Notes: a model not told the origin generated them from the letters alone. Shown: positions 20,491-30,365, counted from the stretch's first letter. The stretch is DNA of 54,026 nt from an uncultured Oligoflexus sp. (GCA_964236955.1 CAXSGP010000021.1:1-54026), one strand, 5' to 3'. A program made the numbers and translations.

Positions 20491-21159
20491 ATGGCAGGAA
20501 TTGTACTCGTTGCGGAAGATGAACACTTAAGCCAACGGCTCGTCACGGCAGTGATCGAATACTGCGGGCTGACAGCTCGTATCACTGATAATGGACGTGA
20601 TTGCCTCAACCTTCTCAATGAAGGCCTGGAACCCTCCCTTATCCTCCTGGACCTGGAAATGCCCACTATGGGAGGCATCGAATTTCTCTCGGCATTAAAA
20701 GCTTTCCCGAAGGAAGAGCGATGTCCAATCGTGGTATTCACGGCGAACAATCAGGAAAGCATAGTTTTAGAAGCGATTCGTCTCGGTGCCGAGGACTTCA
20801 TCGTCAAACCCTTCAAGACCAGTGATTTAGCCCAAAGGATCAAAGACCTCACCTATGCCTTTAATGAAGCGGATCTGGCGGTTCTCCTGCACAAGCTCCC
20901 CATACAGGACGACAGACTCCACGATGTGCCCTCGCTCCATCAGCGCATAGGCACGGGCTATAATCTCTATCCCTTTGTTGTCACCAACAAAAAAATGTGC
21001 ATTGCCATTCCCAGAGGAATGTCACCCCAGGTCGTAGCAAGGCTTGATCACAAGGATCTTGTCGAGCAGATATCGATATTTAGAAATTGCGCAACGGGCT
21101 GGCGCAAGGTCTGGCCTCGATCTTCGAAAATGACGGGACGACTTTCCCATGCCGGTTGA
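20491..21159 (+). CDS. Response regulator with uncharacterised C-terminal domain
   Basis: AEDE, LILLDLEMP, FIVKPF; starts 9 bp after the kinase stop. Confidence 0.85.
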   Translation: MAGIVLVAEDEHLSQRLVTAVIEYCGLTARITDNGRDCLNLLNEGLEPSLILLDLEMPTMGGIEFLSALKAFPKEERCPIVVFTANNQESIVLEAIRLGAEDFIVKPFKTSDLAQRIKDLTYAFNEADLAVLLHKLPIQDDRLHDVPSLHQRIGTGYNLYPFVVTNKKMCIAIPRGMSPQVVARLDHKDLVEQISIFRNCATGWRKVWPRSSKMTGRLSHAG

Positions 21160-21225
21160 AGGGACCCAAGCTGACCCAATCAACGCTTAAGAACGATAGC
21201 GGCTTCGAAAATCTTCTATGAGCGG

Positions 21226-21269
21226 ATCCCAGGCACGCGCCGGACATGAGTCCGGCATGGACCTGGGAT
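21226..21269. other. Strong hairpin between convergent genes (possible bidirectional terminator)
   Basis: ATCCCAGG/CCTGGGAT outer stem and GCCGGAC-ATGA-GTCCGGC inner stem; no long U tract. Confidence 0.5.
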
Positions 21270-21289
21270 TGTGAGTTGAGGGTTAAACG

Positions 21290-22141
21290 TTACAGAACAT
21301 TGGCGATAGCTTGCAAGACCGCGTCGCTCAATTTAATGGAACGCATCGCACCAACGTTGGATATGGCCGACTTGATAGAGCCAAGACTTGAATTGCTCAC
21401 ATCTGAGGAAGCCAGCGATCGGTGACAGGAAGCACAGTCCGAATTGTAGAGTTGAGCGCCATCCAACAGGGCAACAGGAGGCGTAACGGGTGTCGGTGTA
21501 GGGATATTCGCTACCACCGGCGTAGAGCTACCAGCAGAACCTGGAGTGGAAGGGGAAGGTGTCCCAGGAACGGACGTCTGACTGCCGCTTGCAACCGTAC
21601 CCGCTGGGGTGCTGGAATCAACCGTTGGCGTTGGGCTCTTGGCGCCGGTTTGAGCACTGCCTGTGACGACCTTGCACGGTACGAGCACAGGACTTGAAGG
21701 CACTTCCACCGTGCTGCCGTTAGCACCACCGCCGCCGCCGCCGCCATTGCCATTGTTGTCAACCACCACAGTACCATCTACGACCGGTGGCGATGAAACG
21801 ACTACCGACGGCACAACAGGAATAGCCGGCTGAACGATGACCTGAGTATTATTACCGTTATTATCATCGCCGCCGCCTCCACCTTCGTCGTCGTCTCCTT
21901 CATCATCATCATCATCCAATAGTGCCAGCGGCGCGCAATTAGGACTTGCAATAGTATCCTTCTTTTCCTGGGTACTTGGCTTAACGCTACTCGTCGCGGC
22001 GGCGGCGGTGTAAGTGGAAGGCCTGGTACCTGACGGCCTGAGCGGTGCCTGCTGCTCAGAACATGCAGCCTGACTCATAACAATAGCAAGCCAGGTGACG
22101 GCTAATAAATGGGCTCCGGTAAATTTGAACGGTAACTGCAT
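21290..22141 (-). CDS. Lipoprotein with low-complexity stalk and C-terminal mono-heme cytochrome c domain
   Basis: SD GAGGAG before ATG 22141; lipobox-like QAAC; D/G, P/V and S/T/P-rich tracts; DGAQLYNSDCASCH and a distal Met (VGAM). Confidence 0.8.
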   Translation of the reverse strand: MQLPFKFTGAHLLAVTWLAIVMSQAACSEQQAPLRPSGTRPSTYTAAAATSSVKPSTQEKKDTIASPNCAPLALLDDDDDEGDDDEGGGGGDDNNGNNTQVIVQPAIPVVPSVVVSSPPVVDGTVVVDNNGNGGGGGGGANGSTVEVPSSPVLVPCKVVTGSAQTGAKSPTPTVDSSTPAGTVASGSQTSVPGTPSPSTPGSAGSSTPVVANIPTPTPVTPPVALLDGAQLYNSDCASCHRSLASSDVSNSSLGSIKSAISNVGAMRSIKLSDAVLQAIANVL

Positions 22142-22173
22142 CTCAATCTCCTCAAAGTGATTCCCTGCAATCT

Positions 22174-22201
22174 TTTTCGGCCTAAGCCGATCCTGATTTG
22201 A
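22174..22201 (-). promoter_or_regulatory. Sigma-28 (FliA)-like promoter
   Basis: TCAAA-N15-GCCGAAAA, 33 bp upstream of the cytochrome c lipoprotein start. Confidence 0.55.
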
Positions 22202-22437
22202 GACAATAAAAAAATATGAAAATTTTTGCGCCAAATCCCTGATATCGTTGAGCGTCGCGCTGTTGATATGCATTTTTTTAATTCTATTTAAGATTTCGAA
22301 TTTTGTTTTCTTCTAAAAATTCATAGACGAAAGAAATTCACGACACGAAGAATCAACAACAAAGCGGCAATAGCCTAAGCGGCAAAGGCCTTTTGATGCC
22401 AAATACAATTGATAACGCTTATCAGACCGACACTGGC

Positions 22438-23586
22438 CTAGAAAAAGGAACTGACTGGGAAATACCAGCCGATCGAGGCACTTAACCGGGTAATGTACTG
22501 TGTTTTTGCCAGATTTTCCGAATAGTAGAGATAACGGCGTAAAACCATTTGATCAAGTTCGAGAGACATAAAGAGGTTTTTTAGGATAAAAGCCCTCTGT
22601 CCGACTTTTACGCGAAAGTCATAATCGGAGAACACCGTCTGCTGCTCGTCATCGTCTTGCTTGGCTATGAAATAGCTTGGACCAATGCCAAGGCTAAAGT
22701 AGGAAGCGCCCAGGGCGGAATGAACGGTGATTTCACCGTTAAGGTTGAAGTTGGCTCCTAATGCCTGGAGGTGAAGGACCCGATCTTCACCCGCCTCGGT
22801 ATCCAATTTGTTCCTAATCGTCGTGTACTGGTCCAAAGCGAATAAGAACATTCCTGGATAAAGAGTGAAAGTAATATCGAAGAGCCCAAAGGAATCGGGA
22901 TGATTGATTTGACTTATCTGGATGGAAGACAGGAAGGCGGGAATACTACTTTTATTGACGTTACTGATCTCTTTATAACCTGGAACCAGATCCATGTCGG
23001 CGCGAACATCAGAGACCCCCAATGAAAATGCATTGGGAAGGAGAAAACGAAAGGCCGAACCAATAATGGAAGACCGTTTCTGCTTGGTAGCCTTAGGGTC
23101 GAGCAGCACTTCCAGATCATCAATTTGCCTAAGACTAAGATGACCTTCAATATCCAAAAGATCGTAGACCCTCATTTTAAGGATAGGTTTCTTTCTGGAA
23201 TCAAGTTCAAGAAATATCAACTGGTCAGCATTCGTTCGCTCTTTGACAAATTCCAGCTGCCTTGGCCGAATGGTCGAAGGTTTTCGCACCAGCTGGCCCA
23301 GATAATCAAAATGCGATGCGGTTGATTCAATACTCAAGAAAGGATCGCATGCAAACTTTCTGAAGCGAATATAGGAACTCTGTGCCTGTCCTATTAGCCA
23401 GCCGTTAAATGCAGGGTCTCGAATGGGGGGAGGCACAACCAGGATCTTGTTTTTGCAGGGGCCGGCAAGGGCAGCCTCCTGCATCGACAAAAACAGAGCA
23501 AGCAGCATTAAAATTTTGCGCAATTGAGAATAGGACTGGTTCACCCAGCCGAAGAGCTTGAATATCTTTATGGAAGAAAAGGCCAT
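22438..23586 (-). CDS. Hypothetical exported protein, probable C-terminal outer-membrane beta-barrel
   Basis: Hydrophobic signal-like segment ending ALA; alternating beta-strand pattern; aromatic C-terminus LSASIGWYFPVSSFF; SD GAGG. Confidence 0.7.
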   Translation of the reverse strand: MAFSSIKIFKLFGWVNQSYSQLRKILMLLALFLSMQEAALAGPCKNKILVVPPPIRDPAFNGWLIGQAQSSYIRFRKFACDPFLSIESTASHFDYLGQLVRKPSTIRPRQLEFVKERTNADQLIFLELDSRKKPILKMRVYDLLDIEGHLSLRQIDDLEVLLDPKATKQKRSSIIGSAFRFLLPNAFSLGVSDVRADMDLVPGYKEISNVNKSSIPAFLSSIQISQINHPDSFGLFDITFTLYPGMFLFALDQYTTIRNKLDTEAGEDRVLHLQALGANFNLNGEITVHSALGASYFSLGIGPSYFIAKQDDDEQQTVFSDYDFRVKVGQRAFILKNLFMSLELDQMVLRRYLYYSENLAKTQYITRLSASIGWYFPVSSFF

Positions 23587-23607
23587 CTAAACTGTCCTCA
23601 CAGTTCC

Positions 23608-23634
23608 GCATCGGAACGCGACGGTCAAACTTTA
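23608..23634 (-). promoter_or_regulatory. Sigma-28 (FliA)-like promoter
   Basis: TAAAGTTT-N11-TCCGATGC just upstream of the RBS of 22438..23586. Confidence 0.55.
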
Positions 23635-23864
23635 TGAGTCCACCTCCAATTAACTTTGTCCTCATTTTTCAAATGGATGGACGCAAAATTCAAAATAATG
23701 GAGTGCGCATGGTCGTGACACAAAAAGCACAGTTCTTATCTAAAGTATCGGCAGCTTATTGCTCAGGCATGAGGCGTGGCCCCGACGGAAGACCGGAGCG
23801 CATCTAAGGTCCTGGGTACCCCCCTCGATGCCATCCCCATCGTCTCCGCTCCGTCCCGGAACAC

Positions 23865-23893
23865 AAAAAAAGCCCACTCCGAAGGAGTGAGCT
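23865..23893 (-). terminator. Rho-independent terminator after the 23919..26318 gene
   Basis: Minus strand AGCTCACTCC-TTC-GGAGTGGGCT followed by T6. Confidence 0.8.
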
Positions 23894-23918
23894 CTCGCAT
23901 AGAATAATCTATGTCACA

Positions 23919-26318
23919 CTACTGGACCGAAACACCGCTGATATAACGAGTTGGTGAATTGTCATCACCAAATACGCCTACGTCCACGGAGCTGTTTTCA
24001 AGAGTGGGTAGCTCAGGCAAATCATCGAGGCTGAGGCTGGCACAGTTCGCAGCTTCGGTCGTTGCCATGCGTTGATCACCTTCGACGGGATTGACAGTAT
24101 AATCACCGAGTTTTGTACCGGCCTTGAGACTAAAGAGGGGCATTTCATGGCCGACCGTTCCATTATACTTCCAAGGGATACCCCAAAGTTGTCCTGGACC
24201 GCCGTAGTTCAAACGATAGGACTTGCCGACGACATTAGTATCGGTCAGGCCATCGAATTCATCAGCCGTTGCAAGAGTATAACTGATTTCCAAAGGACGA
24301 TCGAAGCTGACCATGACGCCCGCCGCGTCTTTCAATGACTGGAATTTACTCCAGCTCGAAGGACCTGCCGACCAGGTGTAATAGACATCAAGCTCCTGCT
24401 CGACACGCCAAGGATCGATCGTTTTGTCAGCCAAAGCTTCCCAGGTAGCTTTAGGGATCAAAGGACCAGAGAACACGTTGTCCATGTTTTGTGTTTCTTC
24501 GTCATTTGTGGGTAGTCCAGTAGGCAGAGCAAAGGCTACGCCGGCGTGGTTTTTTAGAAGTAGTGTCGAAGAATCAAAGGTAAAGGTTGCCAGCGGCTCG
24601 ACTATATTTTGAGTTTGGTTCACTTGGTACTCCTGATCACCCCAGGTTACCGACTTGGTTTCATAGAGTCCACTGACCGAAGGGCCGTTGCTTCCACCTT
24701 GGCTGCGATTGAAAGCGGATGCCGATGGAGCCATGACAGGACAATTTTGGAAACAAACGAGGTCTCCCGCAGGCACGGAAGCGGTACCCGATACCGTTAG
24801 TTCTGAATGATAGGACAACACCGTGTCATTGCTAAGAACCGTAGACTTGGAAATATTGACGCCAGCGTTGAGGCTTGAAACATAGAGGTTTGTTCCCCAG
24901 TCCGGAACGATGACATCACCCGACGCTGCCTCTTCAACCATACCTTTGTCAGTATAGTTCACTTTTGAGACCTTAGAAAGTTTGCTTCCGTCCCAACGGA
25001 CGATAAAGCTTTCGCCCCCATCATAAAATTGAAGATCCACACCCTTTAAAGCGCCAAGACTTGTCGTCGACTTCACGTGTTTGACCAATTTTCCAGCGGC
25101 TTTGACTAGAGTATAGGCTGTCTTAACCTTTTGCCCACCCGTGAAGTCAACTTTGTTGACGGTCGCTCCGTTGGGCAGATCGATACCGCTGGTCCAAAGA
25201 CCATAGTAGCTGGCGTTAGCCGAATAGGTTTTGCCGTCTTTTTCGAATTCAGCCGGAAAGCCCGAATTCAAGGTCACGACTTTGCCGGTAGAATCAGCCA
25301 GGTCATAGCTATAGATACCTGTTTTATATTTATTTCTATCATAGCAGCCGTCGGCTACTTCATTTTTCGTCTCGCCTTTATAGGTGCGAAGCGCGCCGCC
25401 GGAAACGTTCAGATAGTCTGAATTAAAACGAACTTTGTACTGTTCGGAATTACTTTCATCTTCGCGCGCGCTTGTGCTGATGCTGCGAACATAGCCGATA
25501 AAATTGTCGGTTGCGCCATCACGGGTAAGCTCCGCCACACCCTGAGAGGTACCGGTCTGACCTTCTCCGCTTTCCGTTCCAGCCGTTTCCAATACGAAAG
25601 CGCCTGAATCCGTACGCTTGGTCCGAATGAATCCAAACTGACCCGCAGTGCCGTCAGCTGCATAGAAAGTATAGGCCATGCTGAAGATACCAGCAGGATT
25701 TTCGTCTGAAGGTGGAGCCACTACCACAACTTTAGCCTGAATCGTATTATCTCCCTCCGGTATCCGGAATTCACCGATCAACGGCTTGCCATCAACCCGG
25801 GTCGACTTCGTATACATAACCATCATTTCTTGAGACTTCTCAGATTCTCCGCCGCCGCTGCCACCACCACCACCGCCGCCGCCGCCGCCGCCTTTGGACT
25901 CGTGGTCGCATTGAGCCTGGTCAACGAGCGCTTTATAGACGCCAAGGTTGGCTTGTTCCCAGAACTTCGATTGACCGAAGTAGCACATGATGGAACCAGC
26001 TTGTTCTATAGCTCGGAAGGCTTCATTGCTGACTCTTAGGTTTAGCTTACGGCCGTCAACCGTCAGTTGATAGCCCCGCTTGCCGTCGAGAGCCAAACTA
26101 GCCGCACCGCTTTTAGCGGGAAGAATGGTTACACTGGAAGCGATTTGAAGCTGGCCCGTAACTGTCGTGACAGCTGTGTCCTCGCTTGGTGTAAGGACTG
26201 AAGTTGAAGTGCCGCTGACCGTTGTCGTGGATTTTGTTTTTTTCGAACTGCATGACATTCCGAGCGCGAGGATGCTTCCGGAGATGACGGTGGATCTTTT
26301 GAGAATCTTTCTTTTCAT
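23919..26318 (-). CDS. Large hypothetical lipoprotein (799 aa)
   Basis: Lipobox-like GMSC then a K/T/S-rich linker; beta-rich sequence; several Cys; poly-Gly tract at about 25848..25892; own terminator. Confidence 0.8.
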   Translation of the reverse strand: MKRKILKRSTVISGSILALGMSCSSKKTKSTTTVSGTSTSVLTPSEDTAVTTVTGQLQIASSVTILPAKSGAASLALDGKRGYQLTVDGRKLNLRVSNEAFRAIEQAGSIMCYFGQSKFWEQANLGVYKALVDQAQCDHESKGGGGGGGGGGGSGGGESEKSQEMMVMYTKSTRVDGKPLIGEFRIPEGDNTIQAKVVVVAPPSDENPAGIFSMAYTFYAADGTAGQFGFIRTKRTDSGAFVLETAGTESGEGQTGTSQGVAELTRDGATDNFIGYVRSISTSAREDESNSEQYKVRFNSDYLNVSGGALRTYKGETKNEVADGCYDRNKYKTGIYSYDLADSTGKVVTLNSGFPAEFEKDGKTYSANASYYGLWTSGIDLPNGATVNKVDFTGGQKVKTAYTLVKAAGKLVKHVKSTTSLGALKGVDLQFYDGGESFIVRWDGSKLSKVSKVNYTDKGMVEEAASGDVIVPDWGTNLYVSSLNAGVNISKSTVLSNDTVLSYHSELTVSGTASVPAGDLVCFQNCPVMAPSASAFNRSQGGSNGPSVSGLYETKSVTWGDQEYQVNQTQNIVEPLATFTFDSSTLLLKNHAGVAFALPTGLPTNDEETQNMDNVFSGPLIPKATWEALADKTIDPWRVEQELDVYYTWSAGPSSWSKFQSLKDAAGVMVSFDRPLEISYTLATADEFDGLTDTNVVGKSYRLNYGGPGQLWGIPWKYNGTVGHEMPLFSLKAGTKLGDYTVNPVEGDQRMATTEAANCASLSLDDLPELPTLENSSVDVGVFGDDNSPTRYISGVSVQ

Positions 26319-26826
26319 ATGATACGACCTCTAGGTGTTGACAATCGAGACTTACAATCCTTCGTAGCTTTTGCCGGAAAACTTCAGGATAATTTTTGCC
26401 CGCTATTTTTTGCTAATACTATCAATCGATTATGGTCATTCAACTTTTGTCTCTTACGGGAACTGGACGCCTGGCCTAAGCAGGCGAATCAGCAGTTTTA
26501 TGGAAAACACACAGCCCGATTTGAAATAAAAAACCGATAAAGAGTGGCAGTCTATGCCTATTTTCCCTTCATTTCCTGAAGGCAGGGCTAAGGAATTCAT
26601 TGTTCAGGGCAAATCATATTATATGGAAAATCAGCCAAAAGCCAGCAATGGAAGTCGCATTTCTCCAGCCAGGTGAAGGCATCCTGGGCCGTGCAAGTGG
26701 TGGGACCCGCACTTAAAATTCTCTGTCCTGAAATTCACAGGGCTTAGAAGATAATCTCTAAAATCGAATGCGCGCATGGTAACCTGTTCCTATTCAAAAT
26801 GATCGATAAGCTTTGGAGTTAGCGTC

Positions 26827-29517
26827 ATGCGATACGACAGTGCTGGCGTTGTGAAGCAAGTCATGCATTTTGCCTCTCAATTCCCTCTCTCAGCGGCCGC
26901 CTATCACCGATCACAGACATTAAGCTATGAAGCGCTCCATAGTCAAAGTCTGCAACTTTCTCGTGAGCTGCAGGGGCGTGGGGTGGGAAAGGGCAGTGTT
27001 GTTGCAATTTGCATTCGGCCGGGCTTCGAAATTCTCGTAGGCCTTTTGAGTATTTTCAGATGCGGGGCAATCTATTTGGCCCTGGACCCCGATCATCCCC
27101 ATGGTCATTTGAAGATGATTGGTGATGATGCAAGGCCGCATCTGCTATTAACCCATACCTCGGTTCCTGATCTGGGTGAACTTCTTGCTTGCCAAAGCTT
27201 AAATATCGACACCCTTCCTTACGATCACCTGATCCCTCTATCCGCCGAATTCGATGGTACTTGTGAGGCAGCGGCACCGGCCTATCTCATGTATACCTCG
27301 GGTACGACGGGAGTGCCGAAGGGCGTCCTGGTTTCCAACGCGAATCTTCACTTCTATCTGAACTCTGCGCAAACGGCTTTTCGCTTTGAGCCTACCGACA
27401 TCTTCTGCAATGTTGCCCGCTATACCTTCAGCATCAGTCTCTTTGATTTGCTCCTTCCCCTTTGCGTAGGCGCTGCCGTTCGACTGGTCGACCGCGGGGA
27501 CGTTCTGAATTTTTCGAGACTCATCCCCTATCTTGCGAATTCCACGGTTTTCCATGCCGGGCCAAGCCTCCTGTCGACTCTCTCTCGATACCTGCAGGAT
27601 CAACCGCCATTGCATTCCAATATGGCCCCAAACTTTCAAAGTCTGCGCCATGTCTCAAGCGGAGGGGATATTGTTTTGCCCGTCGTGATGGGAGCGATGC
27701 AAACTCTTTTTCCTCACGCAGAACTTTACGTTATCTATGGCAGTACAGAGATCAGCTGCATGGGCACCTACTATCGGGTGGATCAACCCTTCCAGGCTTC
27801 CACAGCTTTGGTAGGATTTCCTTTTCCTGGGGTGGAAATGCGGCTCTTCGATGAAAAGGGTCATGAGGTTCATGAAGACAAGGTCGGAGAAATTTTCTTC
27901 GCGGGCGGAGGCCTAGGGATCGGCTATTTAAACCAGCCCGACTTGACCGCTGAAAAATTCATATTTGTCGGTGATTCAAGATTCTATAGCACAGGCGACT
28001 ATGGACGAAGGGCCTTCGACGGCTCGCTTGAGATGCTCGGACGCCGGGATTTTCAAGCCAAAGTCCGTGGCGTAAGGATAGAGCTTGGCGCTATTGAAAA
28101 CAGAATCATTTCGCTAGGCTGTGCGAGCCAATGCGCTGTGTTGCTAAGGCCCAGAGAGAGTCATTTGAATCCGGTCGGCCTCGATGAGCGTGACACCCAC
28201 CTCCTCGTTGCATTCCTCCTCGGACCTAAGGGTAGCACTGCCGAAATAAGAAGAAAGCTTGCCGACACCATCCCTCAGGAGATGATGCCGGGCCTCTATG
28301 TCGAACTCCAATCCATGCCGCTGACCTTCAATGGCAAGCTTGATCGCAAACAGCTCATGACAAGGCCCTTGCGCGAGGCAAAGGCCGAGGCCAAGCTCGA
28401 AGAAAAAACATCGCTTGAAGCCAGCATCGCGGCATCTTTTTGCCGTTTGCTTGGCATCGCTGAGCTGGGCCCCAATGAAAATTTCTTTGACCTTGGAGGC
28501 CATTCGCTACTCGGGATACTCCTGATTGCGGAATTAGAAAGAAAAATGGGAATCCGTTTGTCTCAGCAGGCCTTCTTTCAGGCGCCCACTCCGAGGGCAA
28601 TCGCCCAGCATTGGCTGAGCGTTGGATCTATAGGCCAAGATTCAGATTCCGCATCTTCGGCAAAGGAAATCGAAGGCTGCAGTGTCGTCCCCTTATCGTT
28701 AAAAGCCAACAAAGATTCTATTTTCCTTCTCTCCGGTGTGCATATCTACAGGAACCTCGCCCGCTTTCTCGAAAACGATTGGTCGGTCTATGGCATTATC
28801 TCGGAGCGGGAACTCACTGATCAAAAGCCAGGCGGGCTTTCGAAATCCATTTCGATCGAAGAGCTGGCGAAGGACTACGTCCAATCCATATTGGGTCATC
28901 AGGCGAAAGGCCCCTATCATATCCTTGGTTACTCGTTTGCGGGCATCCTGGCTTTTGAAGTCGCCAAGCAACTGACCGAGGCCGACCATGAAGTAGGACG
29001 GCTCATATTAGTGGACTCGACACTTCCAGAGTGGGTTTTGAAAGGGCGTTACCAGCTCAAACAATTTCTTCGCCTCTTGCGGACCAGCCCTGTCCTGCTT
29101 GGGCCATACTTGTGGATCAAAGTAAAAAAACAGCTTTCAAAGCTCAAGGGGGCCTTCCCCAGTTTCGCTTCGCCGGGGATCGAACCCCCGCGTAAAGCCT
29201 CGCCACTCGAAATTGAACTCAGCGCGATTGAAAAGCAGCGCGGTCACCGCAATCGGCTTTATGCCGAAGAATATATGAAGCGAATCAAAAGGTATCCTGG
29301 CGACGTCACCCTTTTTGTTGCCACCAAGAGATTGGCGCGCAAGCCTCTTCGCAGCGCCTGTTGCGGCTGGATGCCTTATACGGGAAACTTGAAGACCATC
29401 AAGTTGAATGCCGATCACACTGACGTTCTGGAAGACAAAGAAAGCCTGCTTAAAATTGCCCGTGAGATCAATTTTCAAACCGTGCCTTCGCCGCTTGCGG
29501 GTGACCGGATAGCCTGA
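26827..29517 (+). CDS. Stand-alone NRPS-like enzyme, A-T(PCP)-TE
   Basis: A-domain YTSGTTGVPKG, YGSTE, YSTGD, GRRDFQAKVRGVRIELG, NGKLDR; PCP FFDLGGHSLL; TE GYSFAG with a C-terminal His (ADH). Confidence 0.92.
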   Translation: MRYDSAGVVKQVMHFASQFPLSAAAYHRSQTLSYEALHSQSLQLSRELQGRGVGKGSVVAICIRPGFEILVGLLSIFRCGAIYLALDPDHPHGHLKMIGDDARPHLLLTHTSVPDLGELLACQSLNIDTLPYDHLIPLSAEFDGTCEAAAPAYLMYTSGTTGVPKGVLVSNANLHFYLNSAQTAFRFEPTDIFCNVARYTFSISLFDLLLPLCVGAAVRLVDRGDVLNFSRLIPYLANSTVFHAGPSLLSTLSRYLQDQPPLHSNMAPNFQSLRHVSSGGDIVLPVVMGAMQTLFPHAELYVIYGSTEISCMGTYYRVDQPFQASTALVGFPFPGVEMRLFDEKGHEVHEDKVGEIFFAGGGLGIGYLNQPDLTAEKFIFVGDSRFYSTGDYGRRAFDGSLEMLGRRDFQAKVRGVRIELGAIENRIISLGCASQCAVLLRPRESHLNPVGLDERDTHLLVAFLLGPKGSTAEIRRKLADTIPQEMMPGLYVELQSMPLTFNGKLDRKQLMTRPLREAKAEAKLEEKTSLEASIAASFCRLLGIAELGPNENFFDLGGHSLLGILLIAELERKMGIRLSQQAFFQAPTPRAIAQHWLSVGSIGQDSDSASSAKEIEGCSVVPLSLKANKDSIFLLSGVHIYRNLARFLENDWSVYGIISERELTDQKPGGLSKSISIEELAKDYVQSILGHQAKGPYHILGYSFAGILAFEVAKQLTEADHEVGRLILVDSTLPEWVLKGRYQLKQFLRLLRTSPVLLGPYLWIKVKKQLSKLKGAFPSFASPGIEPPRKASPLEIELSAIEKQRGHRNRLYAEEYMKRIKRYPGDVTLFVATKRLARKPLRSACCGWMPYTGNLKTIKLNADHTDVLEDKESLLKIAREINFQTVPSPLAGDRIA

Positions 29518-30041
29518 AAATTATTATTGTAACGCCTTGATCTTGCTCCCGACATTGACTTCGACTGAAGGAATCGATAGCTCCGACTCGGCAGGCATGT
29601 TGACAAATGTCGATGGGCACTCAGCGAACAAAAGTTGCCCTTGTCCTTTCCCTTGTTCATGAAACGATCACTCTCAGACAGCCCGCGCCCTCGAAGGGAA
29701 GGCGAATTTGGGAAAAAAAGCCAAAAAAAGATTCATGAAACCACCCCGATATCGAATTTTGCCTAGCCTGCTGGACCTTCTGCTCACGATTAACGCACTT
29801 AAAAATGTACCTCGGTTGTCGCTCACCAAATTTTGAGGGATCGCCTAAGGTCGGGCAAACCCTATATATTTTCCATGGGTAAAAATGTTGAATCCCTATC
29901 CTTTCAAGAGTTCGCATCATCAACTCGCCATTGTGCCAAGCCCATTTCCCATAGGCCTCACGTTGCCACTCGTCTTGCCCAGGCTGCCATTCTCTTGGGG
30001 CAACAGCCCCAGCCTTCGCAAACAAACACAGTTCCCCAGCC

Positions 30042-30069
30042 TAATGCAGGGCAAGGTACGTGCCGATAA
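30042..30069 (+). promoter_or_regulatory. Sigma-28 (FliA)-like promoter
   Basis: TAATG-N15-GCCGATAA, with a perfect -10 element. Confidence 0.45.
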
Positions 30070-30365
30070 GATATCAAACTTTCACGAAATGTTTCGAAAA
30101 AGCCAAAACCTCACAAGTCGTAAGGAGTAAGTTCGCAGGATAGAGTCAGGGCCCGGCATTGATTCCATTATTTGGGAATGATGAGCATAGCGATATTTAT
30201 CAGGATACTATCGTTAACTTTGAGACACATCCCTGCGATGGGCAGCCTATGATAGCAAGAGCCGCGGAAAGGATATCGAGCGACACGCTTCAGGGTGCAA
30301 GAGAGCAAGGCCTCCGCTCTCCCGATTTTAACCAGGACCTTTCCGCATCCAACAAGGAAACGCCA

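Noticed and set aside
29997..30010. GGGGCAACAGCCCC as the partner inverted repeat of the IS5-like end at 7838
   Set aside because: Only CAACAGCCCC (10 nt) matches; the flanking AAACGT and TA are missing
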